The translations under genes were made by a program, and so were the position numbers. The notes below the pieces were generated by a model, which was not told the origin of the DNA, did not search any database, and was given only the letters and a program-made list of their open reading frames with translations. Shown here in pieces: positions 35,470-45,586 of a stretch of 64,000 bases of DNA (its first letter is position 1; each line of letters begins with the position of its first letter). This DNA comes from an uncultured Chromatiaceae bacterium (GTDB lineage: Bacteria; Pseudomonadota; Gammaproteobacteria; SZUA-140), in contig CAZSAK010000001.1 in assembly GCA_964605155.1 (NCBI GenBank), positions 150,124 through 214,123 on the forward strand, written 5' to 3'.

Positions 35470-37211
35470 GGCCTTTCCTCATCGATCGCTGGGTGTTCGG
35501 CATCTTCTGCTACAATGCGTGCGCGCAACAAGGTCTGCGGCGTGTCATCCATCGTACGCAGTTGCCACAGTGCCGATCCCATTTCCCCACCGGCTTGTGT
35601 CTCATCCAGATTCCATTGTGCAATAGTTTGATCAATCATTGACTGTTGCGCTTTCGTGGTTGCGCGTGGATTTGTTACTCGGCGGTTTTCCCGACCGGCT
35701 TGCTGCTGTTCAGCGTTTGCAGCAGCAGTATCGGATAGCCCGGCATTTGGATCGCTGAGCGTATCCCGCGCATCGGGCGTAACCTTCGGGCGTTCGATAT
35801 CTTTGAGGCCGGTTTCATCCTTGAGCTTGTTGACCAGCGTCAGGTTCAGGGCTGCATGCGGGTAATTCTTTTGCCATCGCAGTGCCTCCTCATAGGCCGC
35901 GCTTGCCTTGTCATACTCACCCATACGCGTCAGGGTGTTCCCCTTGTTATAGGACGACCTGGCATGTTCACTATCCGTGCCGGCGAGTTGAGTGGCGCGC
36001 GCAAATGCATCAAGCGCCTGTTGCCAGTCGCCCAGCCGATAGGCCGCCGCACCCTGGCCCATGTAGCCGTTGAATGTACTGATCTGTTCGTAGGCAACCG
36101 CCGCCTTGTCATAGTATCCATTGAGCAAGGCCTCGTAAGCCTGCTGCTCTTTCCAGGAGGCGGCCTGAACATCCTTGCCGAAGATAAACGGTGCCAGCAA
36201 TATCACGGCGATCGCATCCATACGGCGGCTCCCGGACCAGATAAACAGGATGATACTCAGTCCCAGCAGCCAGGGATAAAGCGGGTAACCCCGTTGCGCC
36301 GTGGACGCCTGGTAAACGTTGTCGCGTTCGAGCTGGTCCATCGCTGCAAACAGGCGTTGCCAGTCTGCATCGTCATCCGCAATGTCGGAGTACGCGCCGC
36401 CGCTGATATTGGCAAGCGATATCAGGGCAGCCTGCTGCAGTCGCGAGATGACCAGCTCGTCGTTATAGCGCAGCAGTTTGCCGAGATCGTCTTCGACAGG
36501 GGCGCCTGCCTGTGTTCCCACACCGAGGATGTAAAGTGGTATCGAATCTTTTTTCAGACGACGTGCAGCGGCCAGGACACCGGCCTTTTCATCCGATCCA
36601 CCGTCGCTGACCAATACGATCGCCCGGCTTCCCGGCCGGCTTTCAGCGAGCGACTGTCGTGCGAGTTCCAGTGCCTGGGTCATATTCGAGCCGCGTTTCC
36701 TGGTCAGGGTCACATCCAGTGCCTCGACGAACTGCAGCAAGGCATCACGATCATGGGTCAGTGGCAGGACCTCGTAGGCGTTGGCTGAAAACGCAATCAG
36801 TGCAGTACGGTCTGCCTTGAGCCTGGCGATGAAATCGTGTATCTCGAGTTTGGCCCGTTCAAGCCTGTTCGGGAAGACATCGCGCGCTTTCATGGATGGC
36901 GAGATATCGACCACCACGGCGATATCCAGACTGCGTTGCGGCTGCGTTGCGGATTGCTGCTGCTTTAGATACGGTCCGCTCATGGCAAGGGTGGCAAGTA
37001 ACCAGGCGCAGATCAGTAACCAGGGAATGGACGAGCCTGATTGCGCAGGTCGGGTGATCAACCAGCGCCACAAGTGCGGATCTGCAAAGGCCTTCAAACG
37101 TGCCGGCAGTCGCTGACGTGACCTATGCCAGGCAAGGGCGATTAACGGCGCCAATGCCAGCAGCAGCCATAACGGTTCGCGCAATGAAAGCTGTGCCAGT
37201 CCTTCTATCAT
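35463..37211 (-). CDS. VWA-domain plus TPR protein (BatB/BatC-like fusion)
   Basis: N-terminal TM helices. VWA MIDAS motif DIAVVVDISPSM. C-terminal TPR units (AAYRLGDWQQALDAFARA..., YNKGNTLTRMGEYDKASAAYEEAL). Confidence 0.75.
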   Translation of the reverse strand: MIEGLAQLSLREPLWLLLALAPLIALAWHRSRQRLPARLKAFADPHLWRWLITRPAQSGSSIPWLLICAWLLATLAMSGPYLKQQQSATQPQRSLDIAVVVDISPSMKARDVFPNRLERAKLEIHDFIARLKADRTALIAFSANAYEVLPLTHDRDALLQFVEALDVTLTRKRGSNMTQALELARQSLAESRPGSRAIVLVSDGGSDEKAGVLAAARRLKKDSIPLYILGVGTQAGAPVEDDLGKLLRYNDELVISRLQQAALISLANISGGAYSDIADDDADWQRLFAAMDQLERDNVYQASTAQRGYPLYPWLLGLSIILFIWSGSRRMDAIAVILLAPFIFGKDVQAASWKEQQAYEALLNGYYDKAAVAYEQISTFNGYMGQGAAAYRLGDWQQALDAFARATQLAGTDSEHARSSYNKGNTLTRMGEYDKASAAYEEALRWQKNYPHAALNLTLVNKLKDETGLKDIERPKVTPDARDTLSDPNAGLSDTAAANAEQQQAGRENRRVTNPRATTKAQQSMIDQTIAQWNLDETQAGGEMGSALWQLRTMDDTPQTLLRARIVAEDAEHPAIDEERPW

Positions 37212-38233
37212 GGTATTACACCGTCGTATCCGGTTCGCAACAGACGGCGCTCATTGAACAACAACAGGACGAGCCCGGCGAGCAATGGTAACCAGTAGAG
37301 GTCCATGCGGCTGGCAAGCTGCGGATCCCTGATCTCGCCTGACTCCAGTCGATCGATTTCCGTGTAGATCTGCTGCAGTTCCCGGGTATTACCGGCATGA
37401 AAATAGCGACCGCCGGTTTGTGAGACGATGTTGCGTAACAAGTCTTCATCGAGTGGCAGTTCGGTATAGACGGGTGCCTGCACCGGTCCGCGTGGAAACG
37501 CGACCGTGTTGTCGGTACCGATACCGATGGTATAGACCCTGACACCCTGGTGTCTGGCGAGCAGGATGGCGGATTCGGGGGATACGGATCCGGAGGTATT
37601 GGCACCGTCGGTCAGCATGATGAGGATACGTGATGTATTGTCGGCATCCCGTAAACGCTTGACCGCCAGGGCGATGGTATCGCCTATCGCGGTCTTCTCC
37701 CCGGCGATACCGTGACGAACCTCATCGACCATATCACGTACCATGACGAGATCCGTCGTCAGGGGCATGAACGTCATGGCATCATCGGCAAACATGATCA
37801 GGCCGATGCGGTCATCGGTGCGGTTGTCGATGAATTGCCGGGTAACCTGCTTGACCATATCGAGTCTGCTGGCGGGTACGCCGTCGATAACGAAATCCAG
37901 TGCCCGCATCGATCCTGAAACATCGATTGCCAGCATCACGTCGTGACCGCGGTGTGCGCCGGGGACAGCGAAATCCAGCCATTGCGGCCGTGACATCGAG
38001 AGCAGCAGGAGCATACAGCCGGTGAGCCATAACCAGGGTATGCGCCGTCTGCCCTTGCGCGCATGATCGAGTGCAGCCAATACATCGGCCTGCGGATGTA
38101 CGATGGCGGGGCGGATCTTCCTCGACCCTTTGAATACGCGGTTTGCTATTGCATTGCGTCGCGTGACGACGAACCATAACAATACGGGTAACGGCAGTGC
38201 CAGCAGCCACATGGGTGAGTAAAACGTCAGCAT
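37208..38233 (-). CDS. VWA-domain membrane protein (BatA-like)
   Basis: N-terminal TM helices. DVMLAIDVSGSM MIDAS motif. ILIMLTDGANTSG. C-terminal TM helix. Confidence 0.78.
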   Translation of the reverse strand: MLTFYSPMWLLALPLPVLLWFVVTRRNAIANRVFKGSRKIRPAIVHPQADVLAALDHARKGRRRIPWLWLTGCMLLLLSMSRPQWLDFAVPGAHRGHDVMLAIDVSGSMRALDFVIDGVPASRLDMVKQVTRQFIDNRTDDRIGLIMFADDAMTFMPLTTDLVMVRDMVDEVRHGIAGEKTAIGDTIALAVKRLRDADNTSRILIMLTDGANTSGSVSPESAILLARHQGVRVYTIGIGTDNTVAFPRGPVQAPVYTELPLDEDLLRNIVSQTGGRYFHAGNTRELQQIYTEIDRLESGEIRDPQLASRMDLYWLPLLAGLVLLLFNERRLLRTGYDGVIP

Positions 38234-38700
38234 GTTTGCGGCCGATCAAGCGGTGCGTGCACAATCCACCGTTTGACGTTATCGAAGTCTTCCTGTGCAA
38301 GAGATTTCCGGGGGGCCTTGCTGTATCGCAGCAGGTTGAATCGATGGATTGTCTTGCGCCAACGGTCGGCATCATTGGTCAATGCAGCGGGACACTCGGT
38401 GCCCAGTTGCGGCAGTCCAAGGCCAAGACGCAACAGGGTGGCGAGCCGGTACGAGGCCTCGCGGTCATCGATACGGCCAGCCGACCATTGTTCCCTGATC
38501 GTGTCCAGTACCTTGTCCCTGTGTTTGATAGACAGCGATGATGATCGATTGTCCACATGGCTCCTGGTACGCCGGATGATAGTTGTTGCAACAAGGACAA
38601 GGAGCAATACAATCACGGTGGTAATGATGAGTGGTTGCCAGTCCGGTGGAGCCGGCAACTCGATATCTGCCATCTTGTTCAATACATCCGTTTCTTTCAT
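38227..38700 (-). CDS. DUF4381-like small membrane protein
   Basis: Typical position between DUF58 and batA. One TM helix after IELPAPPDWQP. Confidence 0.5.
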   Translation of the reverse strand: MKETDVLNKMADIELPAPPDWQPLIITTVIVLLLVLVATTIIRRTRSHVDNRSSSLSIKHRDKVLDTIREQWSAGRIDDREASYRLATLLRLGLGLPQLGTECPAALTNDADRWRKTIHRFNLLRYSKAPRKSLAQEDFDNVKRWIVHAPLDRPQTC

Positions 38701-39605
38701 GACAGTGCGCCCAGTTGCCGGAACGTGTCGTTGTCCGTGTCCACCGTCAGATATTGGAAACCCGCCGATGTAAATATGGCGCGGAGTTTGTCGCTGTGTT
38801 GCCCCATCAAGTCGTTGTATCGTTGACGGATGTCGGCGTCGTCACTGTCGATGACCGTGATCATGCCGGTTACTGGGGAAACAATCCGCATCCGGCCGGT
38901 CGCCTGCAATACCCGTTCAGCCGGGTCGACGATGCGGATGGCAATCGCTTCAAACTGTTCGGCCAGATAACGCAATGCCGGCGAGTACCGTTCATCGACA
39001 TCGTGAAAATCACCGATGAGGCACACGCTCGTGCCGCGTTCACCGTGTCGCGCAATATGTGTACAGACCTGGTGAAACTCATCCGCAGTCGATGGAGACG
39101 GGGCCGTGTGGTGCAAGGGTGCAGCAAGTGCCCTGATCAGGGGGAAGACGCCTGACAGTGTCCGCGCGGGAGCAAACTGTATCAGGCCGTTTTCGATGAC
39201 CAGGCCCGCGACGTGTTCCTGCGCGGCCAGCGCCGTGAAGGTCATGATGGAGGCAACGCGCGCCGCACGCGCCGCCTTGATCTCGCCACGGGTGCCAAAG
39301 CGCATCCCGGGCCTGCGATCGGTGATCAGTAACAGGCTGTGTTGACGTTCCTCCAGATAGACCTTGGTGGTGGGTTTATGACTGCGCGCCGTCGCCCGCC
39401 AGTCCATGTGACGGATATCATCCCCGGGATGATAGGGCCGTACATCATGCAGTTCCATGCCATAGCCGCGATGACGCGAGATCGCGGGACCGCTGTAGGG
39501 TGATGAAACGGTGCGGCGTCGGTCACGCCTGTCAAGTATCATACCTTGCAGACGTTCGAGTTCATTGTGGTCCAGTAACGGTGTGTGCTCGGCCTGTTGC
39601 AACAT
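38697..39605 (-). CDS. DUF58-family protein
   Basis: GMELHDVRPYHPGDDIRHMDWRATAR is the DUF58 signature. Follows MoxR with a 1-nt overlap. Confidence 0.8.
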   Translation of the reverse strand: MLQQAEHTPLLDHNELERLQGMILDRRDRRRTVSSPYSGPAISRHRGYGMELHDVRPYHPGDDIRHMDWRATARSHKPTTKVYLEERQHSLLLITDRRPGMRFGTRGEIKAARAARVASIMTFTALAAQEHVAGLVIENGLIQFAPARTLSGVFPLIRALAAPLHHTAPSPSTADEFHQVCTHIARHGERGTSVCLIGDFHDVDERYSPALRYLAEQFEAIAIRIVDPAERVLQATGRMRIVSPVTGMITVIDSDDADIRQRYNDLMGQHSDKLRAIFTSAGFQYLTVDTDNDTFRQLGALS

Positions 39606-40624
39606 CAGGGAATGGGAACTGCCTCGATAATGCGCTCGATAACCTTTGCGACCGATACCTCTGCAGCCCGGGCGCTGAAGTTGAGTGCGATGCGGTGATT
39701 CAGGATGTCATGGGCGAGATCGATGATGTCACCCGGTTCGACGAAATCGCGCCCGCTCAGGTATGCCCGCGCCCTTGCCGCATGCGCCAGTGCAAGGCTT
39801 GCGCGCGGTGAGGCACCACGACTGATCCAGCCGGCGAGTTCAGGGTCCCATGCCGCAGGATTGCGGGTCGCACCTACCAGGGTGATGATATATCGTTCGA
39901 GCATTTCATCGATATAGATCCTGCATACCGCCGCGCGAGCCTGTAACACCTGCTCGGGAGTCATATTCGCCATAATACTCGGCGCCGACGTGGTGGCTGT
40001 CAGGCGTTGCTGTTCGAGGTGCAGGATGGCGAGTTCATCGTCGGCCGATGGGTAGTCGATATGCGTCTTCATCAGAAAGCGATCGAGCTGTGCCTCGGGC
40101 AGTGGATAGGTGCCTTCATGTTCGATCGGATTCTGGGTGGCGATTACCATGAATTGCGGTGACAACTCGCGTGTTACGCCTCCAACCGTGACCTGACGTT
40201 CCTGCATGGCCTCCAGTAACGCCGACTGTACCTTGGGAGGGGCGCGGTTGATCTCATCGGCAAGGATAATATCGTTGAATATCGGACCCTCGATGAACTG
40301 GAAGTGGCCGTCCTGCGGCACAAAGATGTCACTGCCGGTGATATCGCCCGGGATCAGGTCCGGGGTGAACTGGATACGTTGAAAACGCAGGTTCATACCG
40401 CTTGCTAGCGCCCTGACCGCTGTGGTCTTTGCCAGTCCTGGCAATCCCTCGAGCAGCACATGACCATCCGCCAGTACACCGGTCAACAGGCGTTCTATAA
40501 GCCTGGGCTGGCCGATGATGGCTTGTTCGATGTGTGTCTTGAGTGCGGCGAACTGGGAACGCACAAGATCGATACTGGATCGGTCCTTGTCAGGCACTGA
40601 TGAATGCAAGGTCATGCCCCTCAT
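39605..40624 (-). CDS. MoxR-family AAA+ ATPase
   Basis: Walker A LEGLPGLAKT, Walker B ILADEINRAPPKVQSALLEAMQE, VIATQNP.E.EGTYPLPEAQLDRF. Confidence 0.9.
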   Translation of the reverse strand: MRGMTLHSSVPDKDRSSIDLVRSQFAALKTHIEQAIIGQPRLIERLLTGVLADGHVLLEGLPGLAKTTAVRALASGMNLRFQRIQFTPDLIPGDITGSDIFVPQDGHFQFIEGPIFNDIILADEINRAPPKVQSALLEAMQERQVTVGGVTRELSPQFMVIATQNPIEHEGTYPLPEAQLDRFLMKTHIDYPSADDELAILHLEQQRLTATTSAPSIMANMTPEQVLQARAAVCRIYIDEMLERYIITLVGATRNPAAWDPELAGWISRGASPRASLALAHAARARAYLSGRDFVEPGDIIDLAHDILNHRIALNFSARAAEVSVAKVIERIIEAVPIP

Positions 40625-40859
40625 ATTGTTTGCCTGAAAGTATAACCGTCAATCCGCACTGTGATATATCGATTCCGCTGTATCTCACCGATGAATCCAT
40701 TTATCCCGCTGATGATGCCCGCAGATCATGATAGGTATATGGTTTGGCAACACAAAATTGATGACTGCAGACAGGATATTACAATTTTTATTACCGGATT
40801 TCGCGCCAAATACGTATAATTCGTTGAATTTTATCTGTGATTCGTTGCCAGGGAGTTCA

Positions 40860-41477
40860 ATGCTTGAAGCCAGCCATCTGGAGGCCGTGCGTGGTGAACG
40901 TGAATTATTCACTGCCCTGAGTTTTTCCATACAACCGGGTGAACTGCTCTATGTTAACGGCCCTAACGGCGCCGGGAAAACGACATTATTACGCATGTTG
41001 TGTGGTCTGGTCACCCCCAGCGATGGCGAAGTGTTATGGAATGGCGCTGGAATTCAATCACTTGGCGATGATTACCATAAGGAATTGCTGTTTCTTGGAC
41101 ATCTCAACGCCATCAAATCCGAACTCAGCGGCCTTGAAAACCTGCAAATTGCAGCGGCGTTAGCCGGTGAGACTGTGTCGGAGTCAGCAGCCCTCGAGGC
41201 CCTGGATCGTATGGGACTGCAAGGATTTGAAGACCTGCCGGCCAAGGTCTTGTCACAGGGGCAAAAACGCAGGGCGGCACTGGCCCGCCTGCTGGTGAGC
41301 AAGGCGCGACTGTGGATCCTGGATGAGCCCTTTAACGCCCTGGACAGGTCTTCTGTCGATGTACTGAGGGCGATATTCAGCGGGCATTTGGCTAATCAGG
41401 GTATAATCGTGCTGACAACCCACCAGGAAGTGGCGCTCGATGCCACAACCGTGAAACAGATCAAGTTAGGATCATGA
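40860..41477 (+). CDS. ccmA: Haem exporter ATPase CcmA
   Basis: Walker A GPNGAGKTTLLR, signature LSQGQKRR, Walker B LWILDEP. GGGAG RBS before ATG 40860. First gene of the ccm operon. Confidence 0.88.
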   Translation: MLEASHLEAVRGERELFTALSFSIQPGELLYVNGPNGAGKTTLLRMLCGLVTPSDGEVLWNGAGIQSLGDDYHKELLFLGHLNAIKSELSGLENLQIAAALAGETVSESAALEALDRMGLQGFEDLPAKVLSQGQKRRAALARLLVSKARLWILDEPFNALDRSSVDVLRAIFSGHLANQGIIVLTTHQEVALDATTVKQIKLGS

Positions 41478-42157
41478 GCGGCACGGGTATACTGGCGACA
41501 GTGCGCTTTATGCTGACCCGCGATCTTCTCCTGGCCGTACGGCGTATGTCGGATGTGCTGATTACGCTGCTATTCTTTGTCATCGTGGTGAGCCTGTTTC
41601 CGCTCGGTGTCGGTACTGACATGGATACGTTGCGCAAGATCGCGCCGGGGATCGTGTGGGTTGCAGCATTACTGGCCTCTATGCTGGCGCTGGGCCGTCT
41701 GTTCGGCGAGGATTTTGCCGATGGCACGCTCGAGCAATTAATATTGACGCCGCAGCCGTTGGCATTGCTGGTTCTGGGCAAGGTGGCCGCGCACTGGCTG
41801 GTGACCGGCATACCGCTGGTATTGATGGCACCCCTGCTGGGTCTGCAATACGATTTGCCGACACATGCTCTCGGGACCCTGGTATTGTCACTGCTGGTCG
41901 GTACACCGGTGTTGAGTCTGATCGGGGCGATCGGCGCCGCTCTGACATTGGGTCTGCGCGGTGGGGGAGTTTTGATATCCCTGTTGGTGTTGCCGCTGTA
42001 TGTCCCCATATTGATCTTTGGAGCCGGTGTCGTAGACGCCGGTATCTCGGGCATGAACACTGAGGCGCATTTCTGGTTATTGAGTGCCTTTCTGGTGATC
42101 GCATTGGTATTAACGCCACCGGCAACGGCCGCGGCATTGCGTATATCTATAGAATAA
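41474..42157 (+). CDS. ccmB: Haem exporter membrane protein CcmB
   Basis: Six-TM protein in ccm gene order. ATGA overlap with ccmA. Confidence 0.85.
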   Translation: MSGTGILATVRFMLTRDLLLAVRRMSDVLITLLFFVIVVSLFPLGVGTDMDTLRKIAPGIVWVAALLASMLALGRLFGEDFADGTLEQLILTPQPLALLVLGKVAAHWLVTGIPLVLMAPLLGLQYDLPTHALGTLVLSLLVGTPVLSLIGAIGAALTLGLRGGGVLISLLVLPLYVPILIFGAGVVDAGISGMNTEAHFWLLSAFLVIALVLTPPATAAALRISIE

Positions 42158-42173
42158 GTGTCAGGAATGATTT

Positions 42174-42923
42174 GTGGCGATAAACTGGTTTAAATACTCC
42201 TCACCGGCGAGTTTTTATCCCGTAGTTGACAAGTCCATCCCCTGGTTTATGGGGGCTGCGATCCTGTTGACCATCGCGGGTCTGTATCTGAGTTTTTTTA
42301 CCACCCCGGACGTCTTGCAGGACCAGAAGGAATACTACCGGATCATATTTATCCATGTTCCCGCTGCCTGGATGTCGATGTGGCTCTATGTCATTATGGC
42401 TGCTTGGGCGGCCGTGGGCCTGATATTCAACACCCGTCTCTCGTTCATGATGGCGACCGCCATTGCGCCGACGGGGGCCGTGTTCACCTTCCTCGCCCTG
42501 TGGACAGGCTCCTTCTGGGGCCGTACCAGCTGGGGGACGTGGTGGGACTGGGATCCGCGCTTGACCTTTGAGCTGATCCTTTTATTCTTGTTCATTGGCT
42601 ATATGGCCCTGTATGCGGCAATCGACGATCCGCGCCGGGCTGACAGGGCCGCGGCATTATTGGCGCTTGTAGGTGTGTTTTGTGTCCCGATCATTTATTA
42701 TTCGGTCCAGTGTCCTGACCCGAACTCCCTGAATTGCAGGGCCTTGCATCAGACATCTTCTTTGCGTTCGATAGAATCCAGCATCCTGACTTCGATGATG
42801 GTGATGACATTGGCATACTGGATGTATTCCTTCGCGGTAATATTCATGAGATTACGTTCCATGATGCTGGAGCGTGAAAAAGGCAGTGACTGGGTCAGGG
42901 ATCTGCTGGGCGATACTCACTGA
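42174..42923 (+). CDS. ccmC: Haem exporter/haem-handling protein CcmC
   Basis: WGTWWDWDPRLT (WWD motif) and YRIIFIHVPAAW. GTG start. Confidence 0.9.
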   Translation: MAINWFKYSSPASFYPVVDKSIPWFMGAAILLTIAGLYLSFFTTPDVLQDQKEYYRIIFIHVPAAWMSMWLYVIMAAWAAVGLIFNTRLSFMMATAIAPTGAVFTFLALWTGSFWGRTSWGTWWDWDPRLTFELILLFLFIGYMALYAAIDDPRRADRAAALLALVGVFCVPIIYYSVQCPDPNSLNCRALHQTSSLRSIESSILTSMMVMTLAYWMYSFAVIFMRLRSMMLEREKGSDWVRDLLGDTH

Positions 42924-42925
42924 CG

Positions 42926-43093
42926 ATGGCGGATTTTTTCTCGATGGGCGGTTACGGGTTTTATATCTGGAGTTCGTTCGGCATGACGGCATTGGTCCTG
43001 GTGATCGAGGCGCTGTCGGTGAAACGCCATCACAAGACCGTGTTGCGGCGGCTGAACCGGATGACAAGGGTCAAGGTAGGTGCAGGAGAATGA
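42926..43093 (+). CDS. ccmD: Haem exporter protein CcmD (55 aa, below the ORF-track cutoff)
   Basis: Hand-translated: MADFFSMGGYGFYIWSSFGMTALVLVIEALSVKRHHKTVLRRLNRMTRVKVGAGE. One TM helix and a basic tail. The stop overlaps the ccmE ATG (ATGA). Confidence 0.8.
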   Translation: MADFFSMGGYGFYIWSSFGMTALVLVIEALSVKRHHKTVLRRLNRMTRVKVGAGE

Positions 43094-43557
43094 AGACACG
43101 TCAAAAACGATTGCTGTTTGTTGCTGTCGGGCTGGTAGGTCTGGCTGTTGCATCGATCATGGTATTGAAGGCGCTGAAAGGCAATCTGGCCTATTTTTTC
43201 AGTCCCACCCAGGTCGTATCGAAGGAGGCACCGATCGACAGGAACCTCAGGCTGGGCGGTCTGGTCAAGGAAGGCAGCCTGCAACGTGAGGATGATGGTT
43301 TGACCGTTCATTTCATGGTGACCGACATGGTGGAAACGGTTCCGGTCGTGTACACCGGGATTCTGCCGGACCTGTTCAGGGAAGGCCAGGGCGTTGTGGC
43401 GCAGGGACGTCTGAGCCGTGACGGGACCTTTCACGCCGAAGAGGTACTTGCCAAACATGATGCCACCTATATGCCGCCGGAGGTTTCGGAGATGCTGGAA
43501 AATTCACATCAAGCCACTGAGAAGGCCGGTTCGTCTTTGATAGTGGAAGGAGAGTAG
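43090..43557 (+). CDS. ccmE: Haem chaperone CcmE
   Basis: MKTRQKRLLFV... TM anchor, FFSPTQV, RLGGLV, VLAKHDATYMPPEV (haem-binding His). Confidence 0.9.
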   Translation: MKTRQKRLLFVAVGLVGLAVASIMVLKALKGNLAYFFSPTQVVSKEAPIDRNLRLGGLVKEGSLQREDDGLTVHFMVTDMVETVPVVYTGILPDLFREGQGVVAQGRLSRDGTFHAEEVLAKHDATYMPPEVSEMLENSHQATEKAGSSLIVEGE

Positions 43558-43560
43558 CGA

Positions 43561-45573
43561 ATGATTCCCGAGATTGGACACTTTGCACTGATCATGGCGC
43601 TGTCGATGGCCCTGATACAGGCAACGTTGCCGATAATAGGCGCGGCTCGCGGCATACCCTCATGGATTGCATTGGCAAGACCTGTAGCACAAGGGCAGTT
43701 TGTGTTTATCGTCATCGCCTTCAGTTGCCTGGCCTACGCCTTTATAAGCAATGATTTCTCTGTCTTTTATGTTACCAATCACTCCAATTCCGCCCTCCCG
43801 TGGTATTACCGTTTTGCAGCAGTGTGGGGCGGCCATGAAGGATCACTGTTATTGTGGATGTTGATGCTGGGCGGATGGACAACGGCCGTCACCCTGTTCA
43901 GCCGCAATCTGCCGGAAGATATGGTGGCGAGGGTGCTAGGCGTATTGGGCCTGGTCTCCGTCGGTTTCCTGTTATTTTTATTGATTACCTCCAATCCGTT
44001 CGAACGTTTACTGCCGGCAGCGCTCGACGGCCAGGACCTGAATCCCCTGTTACAGGATCCCGGTCTGGTGATCCATCCGCCGATGCTCTATATGGGTTAC
44101 GTCGGTTTTTCGGTGGCGTTTGCTTTTGCGATCGCTGCCTTGATCAGCGGCAAACTGGATGCGGCATGGGCGCGTTGGTCCCGCCCGTGGGCGATCGTGG
44201 CATGGATGTTCCTGACCATCGGGATCGCGCTGGGCAGTGCCTGGGCCTATTACGAGCTTGGCTGGGGTGGCTGGTGGTTCTGGGATCCGGTCGAGAATGC
44301 CTCGTTCATGCCGTGGTTGATGGGAACAGCGTTGATCCATTCCCTGGCGGTCACGGAAAAACGCGGCAGTTTTAAAAACTGGACCGTGCTTCTCGCGATA
44401 ATGGCATTTTCACTCAGTCTGTTGGGAACGTTCCTGGTCCGTTCCGGTGTGCTGACCTCGGTCCATGCCTTTGCAACGGATCCTGCGCGCGGCGTCTTCA
44501 TCCTGATCTTTCTCGGTGTAGTGATAGGCAGTTCGCTGTTTCTATACGCACTGCGTGCGCCGCGTGTCGGATTGGGCGGCGGTTTTCATTATGTATCACG
44601 CGAATCGATGCTGCTGGTCAATAACGTCATGCTGGTGGTGGCGGCCGGCAGCGTGTTGCTGGGTACCCTGTATCCTTTGATCATCGACGCCCTCGGCCAG
44701 GGCAAGCTGTCGGTGGGTCCGCCGTATTTTGAGGCGGTGTTCGTTCCGTTGATGGTACCGATGGTGTTCTTTATGGGAATCGGGCCGATCGCGCGCTGGA
44801 AAAAGGCGAGTCTGCCTGAACTCGCAGTCCGGTTGCGCTGGGCATTCGGCGCCGGGATCATCACAGCCATCATCTTGCCGTTTATCCTGGGTAAATGGAC
44901 CCCGATGATCAGCATCGGCATCCTGATGGCTGCCTGGATCGTTGGCTCATTGATCACGAGTTTTGCACGTACCGTCAGACGCTCGAGGGAACTGGGTGGC
45001 AGGGGCCTTGCAGGGCTGTCGCGCAGTTATTACGGCATGCAGCTGGCGCACTTCGGCGTCGCTGTGTTCATTATCGGCGTCACCCTTGTCAAGGGATACG
45101 AAACGGAAAAAGACGTGCGCATGGATATTGGCGATACCACATCGGTGGGTGGATACGAATTCCGTTTCGACGGAGTGGTCGATGAGCAGGGTCCGAACTA
45201 TCAGGCCAAAAAGGGCTTTATCCTCGTCAGCAAGAACAACCGTGTTGTCATGACGCTGAATCCCGAGAAACGGATTTACACCGTTCAGCAAACCGCGATG
45301 ACGGAGGCCGCGATCGATACCGGTCTGTTCAGGGACCTGTATGTGTCGCTCGGTGAACCCGTCAGTGGTGGTGCCTGGAGTGTGCGCATCTATTACAAAC
45401 CCTTTGTCGACTGGATCTGGGGTGGTTGTGTGTTGATGGCCCTTGGCGGTTTGCTGGCGGTCAGTGATCGTCGCTACCGGCTGGCGGTACGCAGGCGCAA
45501 GCAGATGCCGCGTGGCGATATTGCGGCGGCTCCGAACGCCGTTGCCCGCATGGCACCGCAAAGCAAGGGATAA
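43561..45573 (+). CDS. ccmF: Cytochrome c haem lyase subunit CcmF
   Basis: 670-aa polytopic protein with WGGWWFWDPVENASFMPW (WWD motif). Confidence 0.92.
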   Translation: MIPEIGHFALIMALSMALIQATLPIIGAARGIPSWIALARPVAQGQFVFIVIAFSCLAYAFISNDFSVFYVTNHSNSALPWYYRFAAVWGGHEGSLLLWMLMLGGWTTAVTLFSRNLPEDMVARVLGVLGLVSVGFLLFLLITSNPFERLLPAALDGQDLNPLLQDPGLVIHPPMLYMGYVGFSVAFAFAIAALISGKLDAAWARWSRPWAIVAWMFLTIGIALGSAWAYYELGWGGWWFWDPVENASFMPWLMGTALIHSLAVTEKRGSFKNWTVLLAIMAFSLSLLGTFLVRSGVLTSVHAFATDPARGVFILIFLGVVIGSSLFLYALRAPRVGLGGGFHYVSRESMLLVNNVMLVVAAGSVLLGTLYPLIIDALGQGKLSVGPPYFEAVFVPLMVPMVFFMGIGPIARWKKASLPELAVRLRWAFGAGIITAIILPFILGKWTPMISIGILMAAWIVGSLITSFARTVRRSRELGGRGLAGLSRSYYGMQLAHFGVAVFIIGVTLVKGYETEKDVRMDIGDTTSVGGYEFRFDGVVDEQGPNYQAKKGFILVSKNNRVVMTLNPEKRIYTVQQTAMTEAAIDTGLFRDLYVSLGEPVSGGAWSVRIYYKPFVDWIWGGCVLMALGGLLAVSDRRYRLAVRRRKQMPRGDIAAAPNAVARMAPQSKG

Positions 45574-45586
45574 TCCGAATACTTTA

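Noticed and set aside
35856-36788. 310-aa + strand ORF within the Bat operon
   Set aside because: It is antisense to the VWA/TPR gene, which has a clear MIDAS motif and TPR units. The product has shadow-frame composition.
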